This document shows positions 44,266-58,513 of a stretch of DNA of 62,737 nucleotides, in pieces. Each line of letters starts with the position of its first letter. Within the stretch, counting starts at the first letter, position 1. Below the pieces are notes generated by a model. The model was not told the origin of the DNA and searched no databases. It was given only the letters and a program-made list of their open reading frames with translations. Source of the DNA: Eledone cirrhosa (Eukaryota); the NCBI GenBank assembly GCA_964016885.1, contig CAXHJY010001166.1, positions 1 through 62,737 of the forward strand. The letters run 5' to 3'. The translations under genes were made by a program, and so were the position numbers.

Positions 44266-44444
44266 GGAAGACATGATATGAAGGTTAAAAAACACTTGTG
44301 AATAGTGCAGTTTTAAATCAACATATGAGAAGTAGTTTTAGATTGATGAGTGATATTGGGAAAAAAAATGTTGAGGGGGGGGGGGGGGGGCTTGGAAAGG
44401 ATGAAAAAGAGGAGGAGTTGAGAGTAAAAAGTGGAGGGGGAGGG

Positions 44445-45995
44445 GAGACTGTGATAGGAAAACTCCAAGATAAGAAGACACCAGGAAGAGACATGATTGT
44501 CGGCTACTGGTACAAACAACTAATATTCTATCGGAGGTATCTTACTGACCTCTACCAACAAGTTCTTAAGGGCGATACACTTATACCAGAATGGTTGACA
44601 TTAGCACAAATGTTACTGGTCCCCAAGAACAAAGACACCCACTTTGCAAAAAAACTACCGACCCATTGCATACCAGAACCTGATGTATAAGATGTATACA
44701 GCCTGCCTGAACCTATTCCTCCAAGATCACTGTGAAAATAATAACATCATCACAGATGAACAAGCAGCTGGAAAGAAAGGGGTTTGGGGATGTGCTGAAC
44801 AACTCCTAATCAACAAAACTGCGTTGTCGGAGGTGCGACAACTTAGGAGGAATATGACTACAGTCTGGCTGGACTACAGGAAAGCTTTCGATTCTGTTCC
44901 CCACTCTTGGATGATAGAGGCCCTCCAACTTGCTAAAGTCCCAGACATTATTGTCAGAGTCATAGAGGCTGTCTTCTTCTTGGGCTACTATCCTAAGGTT
45001 AAAGACAGAGAGGAAGGATTCTATTTTTACTGATAAAATAAAATATTGCAGGGGTATATTTCAGGGGGACAGTCTCTCTGTGATATTGTTCATCTTGTCA
45101 TTAAACCCCTTGTCCTTTCTGCTCAAGAAATGTGAGGGATACATCATTGGCTCACAGGAGGACAGAAATACAAACCTAACCCATAATTTCTTTGTGGACG
45201 ATCTGAAACTATGCCAAGAACATGGATGGGGTGAAGAAAAATCTTGACCGGGTTACAACGTTCTCAAAGGATATAGGAATGGAGTTTGGCCAAGATAAAT
45301 GCTCATACATGACTATAGAGCGGGGAAAAATAACAACCCAATCTAGCAACATTGTCATCAATGGCCTAACTGTTTCACCGATATCAGATGAGGACTGCTA
45401 CAGATACCTGGGGATAGATGAGAACATATCCTATAATGGTATCTGTAATAAAGAACGCGTAACCAGGGAATACTACACCCGATTAAGAAAGATCTGGTCA
45501 TCGGAACTCTCTGCGCAAAACAAAACAGTGGCTCACAATGTGTTTGCTGTGCCTGTCCTAACACCAATGTTTGGAATACTCAATTGGACGATAGACGAAA
45601 TCCGAGCAGTTGATGTTGGAACTCGAAAAATACTGAACAACACCGGAAACTTCCACATCAACAGTGACATAGACCGCCTTTACTTGAAACATAAGCAGGG
45701 AGGCAGAGGCCTAACATCAGTCCAGACGATATTTGAATGTCGCATCATATCTCTCCGACAACATCTACGAACCTCGAAGCGTAGGAGCCCGTTTCTCGAG
45801 CAAGTCTATCTGCATGAAACAGATAAGATCATGAGAGTTGGAAGGAACTCCTTGAGAGATATTCCCTGTGTGATAATCAAAAACTCGCACCCAGGGATGT
45901 CGCTCAGCAGTATCGCAGTGAATCCATGGATGAAAAACTGCATGCCTATCAGCAAAAAAATCTAGCATAGATATGTTGCCAGGAAGCTCCAGAGT
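44445..45995 (+). pseudogene. Frameshifted reverse transcriptase of a Dong/R4-like non-LTR retrotransposon
   Basis: Motifs across frames: LLVPKN, NYRPIA, GVWGCAEQLLINK, WLDYRKAFDSVPHSW, RGIFQGDSLS, FVDDLKL, FSKDIGMEFGQDKC, YRYLGI, IDRLYL..GGRGL. About four frameshifts. Confidence 0.88.
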
Positions 45996-46022
45996 AGTAA
46001 TATGTATGTATGTATGTATGTA

Positions 46023-46391
46023 TGTCAAGGCAGAATTCTAGGAGAAGGAAACTGATATAACACCTACAACCCTGATGGTATCCAATGATGTTGACTTGTT
46101 CTTCTTTTTGGTAAATACCATCTTGGTTAAGAGAGTGGGACTGGCTTTGTGCAGTGCCTTTGATCACGGCACAGGCATTGCTTTATATCTGGAGATCTCT
46201 CTGCACTTGTTGTCACAAGGTACCATGGGCCCAGCACTGTGTATCAATGATTGTTACAAGTGTAGTGTTTGTACAACAGTTTTCAAGTCGCTGGCTGAAC
46301 TAAAAAGTCACACGCGTTCAGCGCATCGGTAGGAGTTCTCCTACATGGATATAAAGTAGTGGCCGTACTCGAAAACAAGTTGGCAGCCACC
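46023..46391 (+). mobile_element. 5'-truncated bipartite RTE-like element
   Basis: Family match; ORF 46075-46332 ends [23 protein letters not shown]. Confidence 0.7.
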
Positions 46392-46729
46392 GTGTGCGTG
46401 CGTGCGTATATATATATGTGTGTGTATAAGGAAAGTCATAATATATGCTCCTCTGACTTATATAGACATTGATCTCAGTTTTTTACTCGTTAATTCTCGT
46501 CAATAATGACGTCACTGCCTTTGAACTTATTCAGCTTTACATGGCAGCCATTGGTGTTACTCCATTTACTTTTAGTGTTGTTGTGGTTGTTGATGTAGTT
46601 TTATTTTGTTGAAGACACGATCAGATGAAAAGTTTAGAAGTGGATATATATCCATTCATGTGCGTACGTGTGTGTAAATATATACTATATATATATATAT
46701 GTATGTTTATGTGTATATATATATGAATA

Positions 46730-46762
<33 letters not shown>

Positions 46763-46771
46763 GAATACATA

Positions 46772-46802
<31 letters not shown>

Positions 46803-46906
46803 TTTCATTATATATAATTATTGATTAATTATCTATATAGTCACAAACGCAGGCATAACATATGTATGTATACTATGTATACTAATATATATATATACTA
46901 ACATAT

Positions 46907-46957
<51 letters not shown>

Positions 46958-47379
46958 ATGGGTGTGTGTCGAAAATTGATCAATTTCTGTCTACAATCGA
47001 TCAGTTATCGATGTGTGAATCAATAATTAACAATAGGAAACTTGATGAAACCAACAATACATGTGTGTACTTCCTTGCACGATGATGTTCACCAAGATCT
47101 ATTAAACATCAACTATATATACATCAACTATATATACATCAACTATATATACACAGACTTGAGCAGTTGGCACACATTGGTCTACATCAATAATATATCG
47201 TCTTCCTGTCTTCCTCCGTCGCAACGTTTTTTGAAATATCCACTTCTGCGTTTACAGATTGACTTTGTTAGTTTCAGAAGATCCCGTTAAGGGTGAAAGC
47301 AGCGATTCTTTGCTTAAACTTTAATCTGTTATTTTAATAAATATATATATATAGTCAAGTCGTCACGCGTGTTCATTAA

Positions 47380-47410
<31 letters not shown>

Positions 47411-47540
47411 ATATATATATATATATTATAAGTTGAGCCAACTTATGCAGCTTCATATGCAAATGAGATTAATCACCTCATTTACACAGACGACAAAACT
47501 ATATTTTCTCGCCTGTCTTCTAGTCGCAAGCAGTGGGAGG

Positions 47541-47586
47541 GACCGTCCTGACGAAGGCTAGTTAACCCTGAAATGCATAGACGGTT
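47541..47586 (+). ncRNA. Compact minimal hammerhead motif (family F)
   Basis: gaccgtc-CTGACGA-agg..cct-GAAA-TGCA-TA-gacggtt. Confidence 0.8.
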
Positions 47587-47610
47587 GTCCCCCTTGCTTG
47601 TTGGACATCA

Positions 47611-47611
<1 letters not shown>

Positions 47612-47664
<53 letters not shown>

Positions 47665-47694
47665 TCTATTATTGTCCCTACATTTTTACATTCA

Positions 47695-47731
<37 letters not shown>

Positions 47732-48330
47732 TATATATACACACACATGCATACACACATATATACATATATATACACACACACATGCATACACACATAT
47801 ATACATATATATACACACACACATGCATACACACATATATACATATATATACACATGCATACACATATATACATATATATACACATGCATACACACATAT
47901 ATACATATATATACACACACATGCATACACACATATATACATATATATACACATGCATACACACATATATACATATATATACACATGCATACACACATAT
48001 ATACATATATATACACACACATGCATACACACATATATACATATATATACACACACATGCATACACACATATATACATATATATACACACACATGCATAC
48101 ACACATATATACATATATATACACACACATGCATACACACATATATACATATATATACACACACATGCATACACACATATATACATATATATACACACAC
48201 ATGCATACACACATATATACATATATATACACACACATGCACATTATATATATACACAAACATATATACATATATATACACATATATATACACACACACA
48301 CTTACAGGCATATAACATATATATACACAG
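47612..48330. repeat. (TA)/(CA) derived ~36-bp minisatellite
   Basis: Direct reading. Confidence 0.9.
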
Positions 48331-48518
48331 TTCAAGGAGACAACAAACATCAAGGAGACGAAAAAGTCTTATTAGTTTCACGCTTTATATTAGTAAGAGG
48401 AAAGAAATTTCGACGTGTCAGACATAAGCCCTTCTTCAGGAGTACAAAATACAGACAGGATCTCTCTCTCATTCTCTCTCTATATATATTATACATTTAT
48501 ATAATTGCGTCTGTAGGC

Positions 48519-48568
<50 letters not shown>

Positions 48569-48662
48569 TAAGTATGTATACGTACATAAGTATGTATACA
48601 TACTTATATTTAAGTAACAGCCGTACTAAAAGTGAGAAATGAAATTTCGTTTCATTTTTTCC

Positions 48663-48699
<37 letters not shown>

Positions 48700-48833
48700 A
48701 TGAACACACGTGACGACATGAGTAGATATTTTTGTACATCAAGCTAAATATCAAATGTATATATACTTTATTATCATTCATAATATACATTCAAAATTAA
48801 TAGCACGTACACACTATACTCACAGATTATATT

Positions 48834-48878
<45 letters not shown>

Positions 48879-50329
48879 ATATACTTAAATCATCATCGCT
48901 TAACGTCCATCTTCCCCGCTAACATGGGTAGGCATATAGATATATATATGTTTATATATATACACCGTGATACCATAATACTTTTACAATATATCAAACA
49001 TCTCTAAAACTATTATTTATCAAACGTCATGGTGTAACTTCGTTTACTATATATTAACTGTAATCAATTTTTGTAAGTGTGGAAGAAAATCTGATATATC
49101 AGATGTAGCGAAAATCTTAACCAATCAGCTATTATTACCTCCATTTTGGAAGCAGACGATAAATATAATATTGATTGATTGAACATTAACTATCTACCTC
49201 AATTTCATGGCGGCCTTTGATATTATTATTATTATACAAGATTTGTATGATGTGGATAACTATGTGTGAAATATTTGCTTCCTACTAGCTAGAAACAATT
49301 TCAATTCTGTAATGAGACATAATAGAGATATTACTTAATTTACATGTGTGTTGGCAGGTCGGAATTATTTATTATATATGCATAAGACCAGCAATTTAAG
49401 AGATGGTGAAAGCTGATTATATCGACTATAGCAACTAACATCTGAAAAGATGAAAGACAAGGTTGAAATTGTGAGATTTGGTCTCTGAATGAAGACATCC
49501 TGAACAAATACTGCAAAGCAGTCTATCTGACGCTCTGTCTATTTAATCCAACAGACTCTGCTAGTAGAACATAATAAAATGTACATGCATCCACTTATAT
49601 CTACGTACACTTACTTATATCTACGTACATACATCTATGTATATTTGAAATATTATCAGGGTCATCTTTGGCTTTCGTCCCCTACATTGTATGTGTATGC
49701 TGTGTTTTTTTATAATTCATTGGCTCCCCAAAAAGTCATTAAGGCTGCTAAATATGTGTGCTGCATTACGAACAAGTTTAAACCAAGAAAATAAATTTTG
49801 AGAAAATTCTGTTTTGAAATATCAACTGCAAAGATTTAAAAATTGACAACATGTAATTCATATGAAAATATATCGTGTACATAGAAAGAAAGAGCATTTA
49901 ATAAGTTATTCAACGTTACATAATTTTACTCACCTAGTGTGAGTTTTTATTTTGAAAAGAAATGTCGACACCAATACAGCCTTACAATCTCCAGCTTCTG
50001 AGAAAACTAATGGCACTCTATTTTCTCTATAAGTTGATGGTCTGCCCTAGGTACACTTGAAATAAATTGGGGATTCACACAAAAGATTGTAATAATGGAA
50101 ATTTCACCATGCGCCCTGGTGCATATATTTCTGTTAATGAGGTTTTTGATTCACTAAATACTGAATTCGGTTATGGAAAAAACACAGAATTCCAAAAATA
50201 GTGACCAATATATATACATGATGAGACGTCACATGTCACTAAAAGTTGAGAACTACTACTACTACTACTAGTAATAGTAGTAGTACTACTACTTCTACTA
50301 CTACTACCGAGTACGCGATATTTGGAATT

Positions 50330-50376
<47 letters not shown>

Positions 50377-50843
50377 AATGAGTGTGGGCGTGCGAATCTG
50401 TGTGCGTGACTGCGCTGAAATCCCGTAACATAGCTGTTCAACAAAATATTTATAAATCGATAATTTAACTACTCGACTTGAGACAATATGTAGTGTGATC
50501 GATATGCATGATCGAATCAATATAATATTGATACGATAATTATCCGACTGTTTCTCTTCAAACTTCACGTTAAGTGTCAAAATATTAAGCAATAACTCTA
50601 CAGAAACTAAATGAAGCCAATATATTTACAACCGCTTCCTAATAATATTCAATATTTAGTATATAATATTAGGTCTTGAATCAGATAGAGTCGTTTGCAG
50701 AATATATGAAAGGAGGTCTGTAACGACCTTCATAATTTCCCCTTTATCTGCGCCATATTGGAAATGCACTTATTTCCACTTCAATGGTAATTAATTCCCT
50801 CAACTGAGCTATATAATTTTGCACTAGGCCAATCCCTCTCTCT

Positions 50844-50893
<50 letters not shown>

Positions 50894-51359
50894 CATGTGT
50901 GTGTATGTGTGTGTATGCATGTGTATGCATGTGTATGCATGTGTGTGTATGTGTGTGTATGTGTGTGTATGCATGTGTATGTATGTGTATGCATGTATAT
51001 GCATGTGTATGCATGTGTATGCATGTGTATGAATGTGTATGAATGTGTATGTATGTATTGCATGTATGTGTATGCATGTATGTGTATGCATGTATGTGTA
51101 TGCATGTATGTGTATGCATGTATGCGTATGCATGTATGTATGTGTGCGCGTGTGCGTGTGCGTGCGTGTGTGTGTGTGCGTGTGTATATATGTATGTAAA
51201 AGGTAAACAGAAATAACAACACAATCGGTACAGTATACAGAAGGAATATATTAGATTAACGCTTGATATAGGAGGAAGAGAGTCTTAACAGCGTGGGATT
51301 GGAAAAAATGTCTTTAGATAAAAATAACAGGTCCATTCGTGTTGACATAAACAAAACCA

Positions 51360-51537
51360 CAAAGAGAGTGTGGTAAGAAACCAGGTGGACCATAACGCTC
51401 CAGAGTACTCAATACCTAGGTTAGTAGAGTGGATAATATGAAAAGAGTCAGGACCCCGACGGCTTATTTCCGGCCGTTTCATTCGGATCTAGCCGTCGAA
51501 ACGGCCGGAGCTCAGCCGTCGGGATCCTGACTCTTTT
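51360..51537 (-). mobile_element. Diverged family-X fold-back element
   Basis: Tail homology plus palindrome 51441-51537. Confidence 0.65.
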
Positions 51538-51577
51538 TGTGTGTATATGTAAATATATATATATATATGAGAGATAG

Positions 51578-51624
<47 letters not shown>

Positions 51625-51656
51625 AGTGCGTGTATCTAAATATGTATGCATGAATC

Positions 51657-51698
<42 letters not shown>

Positions 51699-51774
51699 TG
51701 GAAGCGTGAGATAGAAAGAGATAGATACATACATACGCACCTTGTTCTTATTATACACACACACACATATATAG

Positions 51775-51803
<29 letters not shown>

Positions 51804-51811
<8 letters not shown>

Positions 51812-52105
51812 AAAAAGAGATGAAATCGAAAATGCAACTGGAGTCTTATTTTTTTTTTAAATATATATATTTATTTGGTTCCTTTACCGGTTTCGCAGTT
51901 CTTCTGCTTTTCAAAAGGTGAGTTGAGATGGAGGGTCTGTGGTTTTTCTCACATGTGAGAAAAACTATAGACCCTCCATCTCAACTCACCTTTTGAAAAG
52001 CAGAAGAACTGCGAAACTGGTAAAGGAACCAAATAAATATACATATTTAAAAAAAAAAAAATAAGACTCCAGTTGCATTTTCGATTTCATCTCTTTTTCT
52101 TTATA
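51804..52105. mobile_element. Zero-spacer ~150-bp palindrome carrying variant hammerheads (family G)
   Basis: Centre aca|tgt at 51953/51954; motifs at -51881-51918 and +51989-52026. Confidence 0.75.
51881..51918 (-). ncRNA. Minimal hammerhead motif with U3-A8 core
   Basis: Minus strand: cctt-TTGAAAA-gcag.aagaa.ctgc-GAAA-CCGG-TA-aagg. Confidence 0.65.
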
Positions 52106-52191
52106 CTTTCACTCGTGTAGGACACCTCGGTTATTTTTCATTTTGTAAAAAAAACCTCACTTTCTAATATATATATATATAAATAAATATA

Positions 52192-52226
<35 letters not shown>

Positions 52227-52589
52227 CCGATAATTAAGATAATAGGTGATTTAAATATCTGTTACTGAAATAATATAACTGGAGATTTATTATTTGAAAT
52301 AGTTCCAGAGATTCAATTGACATATCAAGTTAGCGATAATTCCGATCAGACACTTAGTATATCGATAGTAGTCGTTCGATAAATCTTCGGTTTGCTTAGA
52401 ATTTCTAGATCACTAAAATGTGTTTTATTTTACATTTGCTTAAGAAAACCAAGGTGATGTCAGACCACACTGGAAGTTTTCCAACACCATCCTGCAATGA
52501 AATATTGTATGTCCGTGTTGCAAATGTCTCGAAAGATAGACTGCGCGTGAATATATAATAGATATCATGTATTTTATTGTGGTTCCTGC

Positions 52590-53180
52590 TCTACCACTTT
52601 ACAGAGTGTTCTGGGTGTATTTTATCATGGCACCAACACTACCACTTTACACAGTGTACTAGGTGTATTATTTTATAATGGCGGTGGATTGGCAGTATCG
52701 GTAGAGGGTCGGACGCCATGCTTTCCAGCATAGTTACGTCCCTTTACGATCTGAGTTCAAATCCCGCCGAGGTTGACTTTGCCTTTCATCCTTACGGGGT
52801 CGATAAAATAAAGTACCAGTAATGCACTGGGATAATTGCTGGCCTTGTGCCTAAAGTAGAAACAATTATTTTATAATGGCACCAACACTACCATTTTACC
52901 GAGTGTACTGGGTGTCTTTTATTGTGGCACCAACACTACCACTTTACAGAGTGTACTAGGTGTATTATTTTATCATGGCACCAACACTACCATTTTACCG
53001 AGTGTACTGGGTGTCTTTTATTGTGGCACCAACACTACCACTTTACAGAGTGTACTAGGTGTATTTTATCATGGCACCAACACTACCACTTTACAGAGTG
53101 TACTGGGTGTATATTTTACAATGGCTCCAGCACTACCACTGGGTACACTTTACAGAGTGTACTGGGTGTATTTTATTGTA
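52590..53180. repeat. ~50-bp minisatellite (ggcaccaacactaccactttacagagtgtact..) interrupted by a SINE
   Basis: Direct reading. Confidence 0.9.
52680..52864 (+). mobile_element. Full-length Meta-like SINE with 13-bp TSD
   Basis: attattttataat at 52667-52679 and 52865-52877. Confidence 0.9.
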
Positions 53181-53713
53181 TGGGTCTGTCTAGTTAAGGG
53201 CCATGTAGCCAAGGGCACATATAGGTAAGAATCCGTGTAGATAATGACCCGTCTAATTAAGAGCCCGTGCAGGTAAGAACCCGTGTAGGTAAAGGACCCA
53301 TTTAGTTAAAGGACCCTTTTACATATTAACAGAAAGCAAGCTACATCTCTTTTCGAACACACAGAAACATTAAACACAGCCAAAGCCATAAAAACAACAG
53401 CAAGCAAAGTTCACACAAACGAGAATAGTCATTATACTAATAAGAATTTTTCTTTTAATTTCAGTTTTTTTCTAATTTCAGTTTTTTTCGACATATTGTA
53501 GAAACATTTTTTGCTGTGTATTGGAATATTTATCTTCAAAAGACAATGTCTGTAGTGTTTGATTTAAAAAAAAAGATAATTTAGGAGAAAAAAAAAGTAT
53601 TGTTATTTTGAAATCAATACAAACATATATTGTATATGTGCAAATCCTCTGCGTATCAATATATCTTAATAGTCAATCTACACACACACACACTTACATG
53701 AACATGTGTGTGG

Positions 53714-53760
<47 letters not shown>

Positions 53761-53894
53761 TTAAAGAAAGAAGCGTAACATGGTTGGCTATACAATAAGG
53801 GCTTTATTTAAAGTACTGACAATTGTTTCGTTGATCAGGTGTGTCTAGAGTTCGCTAATCGCTTGAGATTACCTATAACGATAACTTGTTATCC

Positions 53895-53935
<41 letters not shown>

Positions 53936-53940
<5 letters not shown>

Positions 53941-54131
53941 AACGAGTAGGACCCCGACGGCTGAGCTCAAGCCGTTTCGACGGTTAATTCTGGACTGAAT
54001 TAGCCGTCGAGACGGCTTGAGCTCAGCCGTCGGGGTCCTACTCGTTCCTATTAGCAACTCTACTACCCTAAGTATTGAGTACTTTGGTGCGTTATGGTCC
54101 ACCTGGTTCCTTACCACATTTCCTTCGTTAT
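53936..54131 (+). mobile_element. Family-X fold-back element
   Basis: Palindrome 53936-54051 plus tail, (TA)n on both sides. Confidence 0.8.
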
Positions 54132-54248
54132 ATATATATATATTTAAAAGAAGCAAGAGAATGGCATATATACATATATATATATATATATACATAGATG
54201 TATATATACATACACACATATATACATACACATATATATACATACACA

Positions 54249-54858
54249 TGGTGGCTGCCAACTCGTTTTCGAGTACGGCCACTACTTTATATCCATGTAG
54301 GAGAACCCCTACCGATGCGCTGAACGACTGTGACTTTTTAGTCCAGCCAGCGACTTGAAAACTCTGGTACAAACACTACACTTGTGACAATTATTGACAC
54401 ATAGTGCTGGGCCCATGGTACCATGTGACGACAAGTGCAGAGAGATCTCCAGATATAAAGCAATGCCTGTGCCGTGAAGCTTTTATAGTGAGCAAAGGCA
54501 CTGCACAAAGCCAGTCCCACTCTCTTAACCAAGATGATATTTACCAAAAAGAAGAACAAGTCAACATCATTGGATACCATCAGGGTTGCAGGTGTTATAT
54601 CAGAGTTTTCCTTCTCCTAGAATTCTGCCTTGACAAAGGCTAAGGGGTCATCTCTCCCGGTGATTTTGGATGGCCATTGACTCTTAAGAGCTCCTTTGCC
54701 CTTTGACAGGTTTTGTTTTTAGTCCTGCAGGATGTCCAAAGTCACCCTCCTCACCAAGAAACCTTGGTGGGGTTGCCAGTTTAGTCGCCAACGACCCGAC
54801 CATGAGACAGGTTGTACTGGGATACATGTTACCAGTAGCACCAACTGGTGACCTGACA
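54249..54858 (-). mobile_element. Bipartite non-autonomous RTE-like retroelement
   Basis: Family match. Confidence 0.7.
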
Positions 54859-54859
54859 T

Positions 54860-55525
54860 AACATACATACACATACATATATATATACATACATATATAC
54901 ACACATACATATATATATACATACATATATACACATATATACATATATACATACATATATACACATATATACATACATATATACACATATATACATACAC
55001 ATATATACACATATATACATACACATATATACATACACATATATACATACACATATATACATATATACATACACATATATACATACACATATATACATAT
55101 ATACATACACATATATACATACACATATATACATATATACATACACATATATACCTACACATATATACATATATACATACATATATACATACATATATAC
55201 ATACATATATATATACATATATATATATACATATATATATACATATATATATATATATACATATTGTTATACTTTGGGATTTCAGATAAAGAATCTTGCT
55301 AAACAAATTCAGAAACGAAATATATATACATACATATATATATATACACGTATATATATATACATACACATATATACATACACATATATATATACATACA
55401 CATATAAATATATACATACACACAAACATATATATATACATACACATACATATACATACACAAACATATATATATACATACAGACATATATATATACATA
55501 CAGACATATATATATACATACAGAC

Positions 55526-55583
<58 letters not shown>

Positions 55584-55870
55584 ACACATATATATATATA
55601 TACACAGAGATACAGTGTGCTTACTTTATTCATTTACTAGTCCTATATAATTACGTCTGTCTCTTAAGCAGGGTTATGTTCTGTAAAGCTAGTTTATTCA
55701 TAAACTCTATATCTCTCATATCCTCCAAGCTATTGAGTATTGTAATTTATCTCTGCAAGCGTTCTCCTCACGATCAAAACATACTATTATACACATACAC
55801 ACGTATATATACATGTGGGTGTATGTATATATATATGTGTGTGTGTATGTGTGTATATGTATATCTATGC

Positions 55871-55914
<44 letters not shown>

Positions 55915-56163
55915 TATATGCGTGTAATTGTATGCATATTTATATATGCATATATACATATGCATATATATATATGCATATATATACATATACATACACA
56001 TATATATACATATACACATATATATATATACACATGCTTCTATAAATACGTATACATATATGCATATGCATATATATACAGGCTTCTATAAATACGTATA
56101 CATATATGCATATATATATATACATATATGCATATATATATAGAAACATTTATACACACACAC

Positions 56164-56207
<44 letters not shown>

Positions 56208-56223
56208 TTATATAAATACATAC

Positions 56224-56263
<40 letters not shown>

Positions 56264-56281
56264 TTATATATATATAAATAC

Positions 56282-56324
<43 letters not shown>

Positions 56325-56369
56325 CATACATATGTATATATATATATATATATATAAATACATACATAC

Positions 56370-56406
<37 letters not shown>

Positions 56407-56411
56407 CATAC

Positions 56412-56452
<41 letters not shown>

Positions 56453-56457
56453 CATAC

Positions 56458-56516
<59 letters not shown>
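54860..56516. repeat. (TA)/(CA) compound microsatellite blocks
   Basis: Direct reading. Confidence 0.9.
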
Positions 56517-56520
<4 letters not shown>

Positions 56521-56939
56521 CGAATATGTTTATAATAACATGATTATATACTTTATCATACAGAATTGGTCTGTATCATGTTATGATAATATTACCAGCC
56601 ATTGTAATAATATCCTGTCTGATATGCAAAGAATTATCTTTATCCACTTTAATACACACTATTCTATTAATATACATATATACACATTTCAGTATTTCAC
56701 TAATACGAACACGTATCGAATTATTCCGGTAATCTCTTTCCTGTCTTTCCGTGATTACATTCCTGTTTTTATTCCTAATAAATATCTGAACGGAATTGTT
56801 TCCTTATCTCATGATACGATAAATGAAGTTTATTTCACCCTTCATGTAATATTGTTTTTCAGTGTTTTCAGGAAATCACCTTCAATTGTTCGCTGTAAAT
56901 ATTTTTGAGTGTTGCTTGCTTTTTCTCGGTCAATGGAAG

Positions 56940-58158
56940 TGTTTGTGGTGTGTGTTGTGGTGTGTGTGGTGTCTGGTGTGTGTGGTGTCTTGTGTGGTGT
57001 CTTGTGTGGTGTCTTGTGTGGTGTCTTGTGTGGTGTGTGGTGTGTGTGTGTGTGTGTGGTGTGTGTGGTGTCTTGTGTGGTGTGTGGTGTGTGTGTGTGG
57101 TGTGTGGTGTGTGTGTGTGGTGTGTGGTGTGTGTGTGTGGTGTGTGGTGTGTGTGTGTGTGGTGTGTGGTGTGGTGGGTGGTGGGTGGTGGGTGATGTGT
57201 GGTGTGTGGATGGTGTGTGTGGTGTGTGGATGGTGTGTGTGGTGTCTGGTGTGGTGTGTGTGGTGTCGGGTGTGGTGTGTGTGGTTAGTGTGGTGTGTGT
57301 GGTGTCTGGTGTGGTGTGTGTGGTGTCTGGTGTGGTGTGTGTGGTGTCTGGTGTGGTGTGTGTGGTTAGTGTGGTGTGTGTGGTGTCTGGTGTGGTGTGT
57401 GTGGTGTCTGGTGTGGTGTGTGTGGTGTGTGTGGTGTCTTGTGTGGTGTGTGTGTGGTGTGTGTGGTGTCTTGTGTGGTGTCTGGTGTGGTGTCTTGTGT
57501 GGTGTGTGTGGTGTCGGGTGTGGTGTGTGTGGTGTCGGGTGTGGTGTGTGTGGTGTCGGGTGTGATGTGTGTGGTTAGTGCGGTGTGTGTGGTTAGTGTG
57601 GTGTGTGTGGTGTGTGTGGTTAGTGTGGTTAGTGTGGTGTGTGTGGTGTGTGTGGTTAGTGTGGTTAGTGTGGTGTGTGTGGTGTGTGTGGTTAGTGTGG
57701 TTAGTGTGGTGTGTGTGGTGTGTGTGGTTAGTGTGGTGTGTGTGGTTAGTGTGGTGTGTGTGGTGTGTGTGGTGTGTGTGGTGTGTGTGGTGTGTGTGGT
57801 GTCTGGTGTGGTGGGTGTGGTGTGTGTGATGTGTGTGGTTAGTGTGGTTAGTGTGGTGTGTGTGGTGTGTGTGTGGTGTGTGTGGTGTGTGTGCTGTGTG
57901 TGGTGTCTGGTGTGGTGGGTATGTGTGTGGTGTCTGGTGTGTGGTGGGTGGGTGTGTGGTGTGTGGATGGTATGTGTGGTGTGTGGTGTGTGTGCTGTGT
58001 GTGGTGTCTGGTGTGGTGTGTGTGGTGTCTGGTGTGGTGTGTGGTGTGTGGTGGGTGATGTGTGTGTGGTGGGTGATGTGTGGTGTGTGTGTGTGTGTGG
58101 TGTGTGGATGGTGTGTGTGGTGTCTGGTGTTGTGTGTGTGAGGTGTGTGGTGTGTGTG
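56940..58158. repeat. GT-rich low-complexity repeat (gtgtggt variants)
   Basis: Direct reading. Confidence 0.95.
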
Positions 58159-58513
58159 TATATATATGTATATATATTAAAATAACAGATTATATATATA
58201 TGTACATACATATATATATACAATAAGGATAAGGAACAAGGATTCAGTGTTGCATTATAACATTTAATAACATATTACATATGTTTCACTATCGATCAGC
58301 TCGAGGCAAGAGCTATTATATATGTATGTGCTTTTGTTTTGTTCTCTGTTAATGGCTCAAAACAATCTTCTGTTATGGAGTTAGTTTAGTTGTATCACAT
58401 TTCCAGCCATGTCACTTCCCACATAAATGCTACAGTGAAACTATTGCTTAACATAAGAGCATACATTCTTACATTCTTACAGTCTTATATTCTGATATTC
58501 TTACTTCTGTATA

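Noticed and set aside
47273-47342. cagaagatcccgttaagggtgaaagc repeat (also ~32133 and partly ~6557)
   Set aside because: A real dispersed repeat tail, but the core reads CAGAAGA and stems I and III do not pair.
48405-48445. Minus-strand CTGAAGAagggc..gacacgtcga
   Set aside because: The GAAA box and stem II are corrupted, so it cannot be supported as a ribozyme.
56940-58158. Interstitial telomeric repeat
   Set aside because: Units are ggttagtgt/gtgtggt rather than TTAGGG; this is GT microsatellite decay.
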